DNA of 9,706 nt from Paraspadella gotoi (Eukaryota; Animalia; Chaetognatha): NCBI GenBank assembly GCA_051294375.1, contig JBJCIZ010000014.1:1-9706 (forward strand), read 5' to 3'. The position numbers and the translations under genes were made by a program. Below, piece by piece: positions 7,408-9,706 of the stretch. Each line of letters opens with the position of its first letter. Within the stretch, counting starts at the first letter, position 1. The notes beneath the pieces are model-generated. The model was not told the DNA's origin. It did not search any database and saw nothing but the letters and a program-made list of their open reading frames with translations.

Positions 7408-8530
7408 GAGGACAAAACGCAAGTTCTCTGTTTTCTAACTATTTGCTAAAGACAATCTGGACCGACTGCCGTCCACTGAGAAGGCGTTGTCCGGTCGTCG
7501 AATCTCTTTTGTCACTCCCTAACTTGACGAAATTTAATGACGACGAACGATAACGAAAGAAACGACGACTGAAGATGACGGGCCGAAAAAAATTGCCGCA
7601 GAAATTGCACATTGCCATGCATCGCCTGATGAGCAAAATGAGTAGAGAGACGAAGTTTTGGAAGATTTCTGTCAGGAAATCTAGCGTAAAAGGTTTTTAA
7701 CACAAACATATAAATATCTTAATAAAAGATAATCGGCAATGAACGAAATTAATTATCATAGTTATTTATTTTGTCAGATTTGGTTTGTCCGCCAGGTTTA
7801 TTCGAAAAACTTGCCCAATGACGATTGTGATTACGTGCGATGATAGCCTGGTAAAGCGTCTTTGGCACGAATGCAACTATGCCATGCGTCGCCTCTGAAA
7901 CCGGAAAAAGTGGATTGAAGAAATTATAGAAATTTGAAAGAATCAAACGTACAACAGAGTTTGCGTGTCACTAAAGAAATGTAACTGTCACACGTACGGT
8001 AAGAACGTTCAGAAAAACGCGAATTAACAAAAAAAGGTCATGATCGTGTGTTCCTAATTTTTTACTGAGATGTTGAGTAGACTCCGACGTGCGCAATCAA
8101 GAATCTAATTTCAAGTCTATCAGAACACGCATGCAATAAAAGTGGCTGAGGATCTGCGGATAACCAAGACTAGCAAGTCCGCCTGGCGATACATGAACTA
8201 TACCGCGTCGTCGCAAGAGAGAGCCAAAGAAGTGAAGGGAAGAAGTTCAAAAAACTCTGCCTGAGATCTAACTTAGAAGGTTCCTAGCACAATAAAATAA
8301 GGATCCAATGTAATAAAGCCAACAAAACAAATTATTACTATCAGATATAGTCCGAAACCGAGTAGTAATCAAATTTGAAAGATTGTAAGCAACAACAACG
8401 GACGATGGCAAAGACGAGATAGCCATTTCTGAGTTTGTGGCAGATGCAATGGCACGAAGCTTTGCTAAGAGCAGCAACGAGTGGAGGACGAAATTTTAGA
8501 AATTCTGTCAGAAATCTAACGGTAAGAAGG
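7408..8530 (+). repeat. Highly diverged tandem array of 4-5 exon-like units, ~250-320 bp period
   Basis: A recurrent end motif like GAGGACGAAATTTTAGAAATTCTGTCAGAAATCTAAC ends at 7439 (weak), 7685, 7948, 8272 and 8520. TGCCATGCRTCGCCT is shared at 7613-7627 and 7880-7894. A TTT(E)DDG peptide is shared at ~7562 and ~8392. Confidence 0.6.
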
Positions 8531-9254
8531 TCGAGTGCTGGATGAGCAATAATAATAATAACAATAGCTTACAGAGAGATAGACTTAATAAAAAAGATTC
8601 CTTTCCGGTCGTCAGATTGCAGTTCGACCGAGAGTTATTTCGAAAAAGACGCAAAGATAACGATTAACGACTAAAATGGCGTTCCGGCGACGTCTTTGAG
8701 AATGAAGGCGACCAAGGTTCGATGACCTTTTCGATCGGCGGTGTGGCGGATAGCTGAGGAAAGAATTTGACCGAAGCCGTGCCGAATGATTGGGAGCGAC
8801 ATCGAGGCCGCAAATCTTGTCCAGGAGGCAAGACGAGCCGTTGGTCTATATGCATCGTGGCTGGTATTGTTTGATGGCCCTAAATATCAAATTAATAAAA
8901 CCCGCAGTTTCTCTCCTCTCCCGAATTCCCAGATCCCGCTGCGTCCTAAAAAACCCTCTAGCGGCCAAAGTGTGCGGACGACTGGCTTGGGAGCGCTCTG
9001 TTGCGCCAGCCAAAAAATCGAAGAACGACGCCGCCTTCGAAAGTATCGGACGATCTGTTGTACCGAGTGTGCGAAGGAAGAGAGCGTGCGTCGCCTTCGG
9101 CCACAACGCCGGGCCGAATTCCAATTGAGGTTCAATTCAATTTATTGCAATGAAGAATGATAAGCAATGTTTTAAGACTTTAGACTAACCTTGATAGGGT
9201 ATTTTCCATTTTATTGTACGGGCTCTCATTAATTTCCATTAATTAAATTGCTAA

Positions 9255-9706
9255 AAATTTAAGAGTATAAGTAAGATCATCTCAAGCAAATTCCATCCGT
9301 CGCTATAAATCCAGAACTTTGTTTTCTTCCTATGTGAATAATTCTATCAGCGGCTACCTGTGGGCGATGAAGACCGCGGGCATTTGCCCAAGAAACCTCG
9401 TCGTCTCGATAGTTAAGAATCCACGACAGACTGGGATTGTAGTCGTAGATACAGTCCGAGTCCGGCGGCGAAGGCCGGCGACGTAGTCTGTCGCGGAATG
9501 TCCGAGAGAGCTTGGTACAATGATCGAGCTACTTGGAAGACGGTTTCCCCTTAGAAGATCGAGTCTGCTTCCACGAGAAAGACCGAAAGATGCTTGTTGT
9601 CCCGACCAATGGGAGTTGAAGCTCGCCCATCCTTCGATCTAAGTATTCCGAGATACAAAACAGGAGTTGTCGTCGATCGAAACGGCCGGAATATCGATCG
9701 TCGACG
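9255..9706 (-). pseudogene. Exon-like fragments, possibly from an ion-transport (voltage-gated/TRP-like) channel gene
   Basis: A minus-strand frame has one TAG (9639-9641) and is then open to a donor CAG|GTAGCC. A 55-nt GT-AG intron candidate (9303-9357) joins GFLTIETTRFLGQMPAVFIAHS to DGWNLLEMILLILL, reminiscent of the S2-S3 motif FxxE...WNxxD. Confidence 0.3.

Noticed and set aside
7408-8530. CRISPR array or other prokaryotic system
   Set aside because: The repeats are highly diverged with ~250-320 nt spacing, there are no cas genes or operon structure, and the context is eukaryotic.
7020-8800. Stop-codon reassignment as an explanation for in-frame TAA/TAG/TGA in coding-like frames
   Set aside because: All three stops occur together with many frameshifts, and the 642-codon ORF has no internal stops. 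Decay or error is simpler.
8779-8844. WW-domain relic VPNDWERH...KTSRW
   Set aside because: The Trp spacing is too short and the central aromatic residues are missing.
8786-9160. Four overlapping 82-124 aa ORFs
   Set aside because: No recognisable motif; long ORFs in several frames are expected in a locally GC-rich patch.

Overview
This looks like eukaryotic, probably invertebrate-animal, genomic DNA: there are short GT-AG intron candidates, AATAAA signals, a LINE remnant and metazoan domain relics. It has three parts. (1) 3-1931 (+) is one uninterrupted reading frame, open from the window edge, encoding a Ser/Asn/Asp-rich, probably disordered C-terminal region, followed by AATAAA. (2) ~2050-3360 is AT-rich DNA with a (GA)n tract, a perfect 12-bp-arm hairpin, and a 5'-truncated, frameshifted non-LTR retrotransposon RT fragment on the minus strand. 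(3) ~3630-9706 is a CpG-rich patchwork of broken exon-like pieces on both strands, which the ORF track does not represent because they are frameshifted. These include 4-5 decayed C2HC (MYT1/ST18-type) zinc fingers, an LDL-receptor class A repeat, a transmembrane segment, a BSD-like motif, a degenerate ~250-320 bp tandem array and a possible ion-channel S2-S3 segment. Embedded in part 3 is a ~190-nt structured island (5779-5970). It contains a tRNA-Gly(CCC) relic on the minus strand but folds best on the plus strand. All domain calls were made by eye from remembered consensus motifs; no searches were run.
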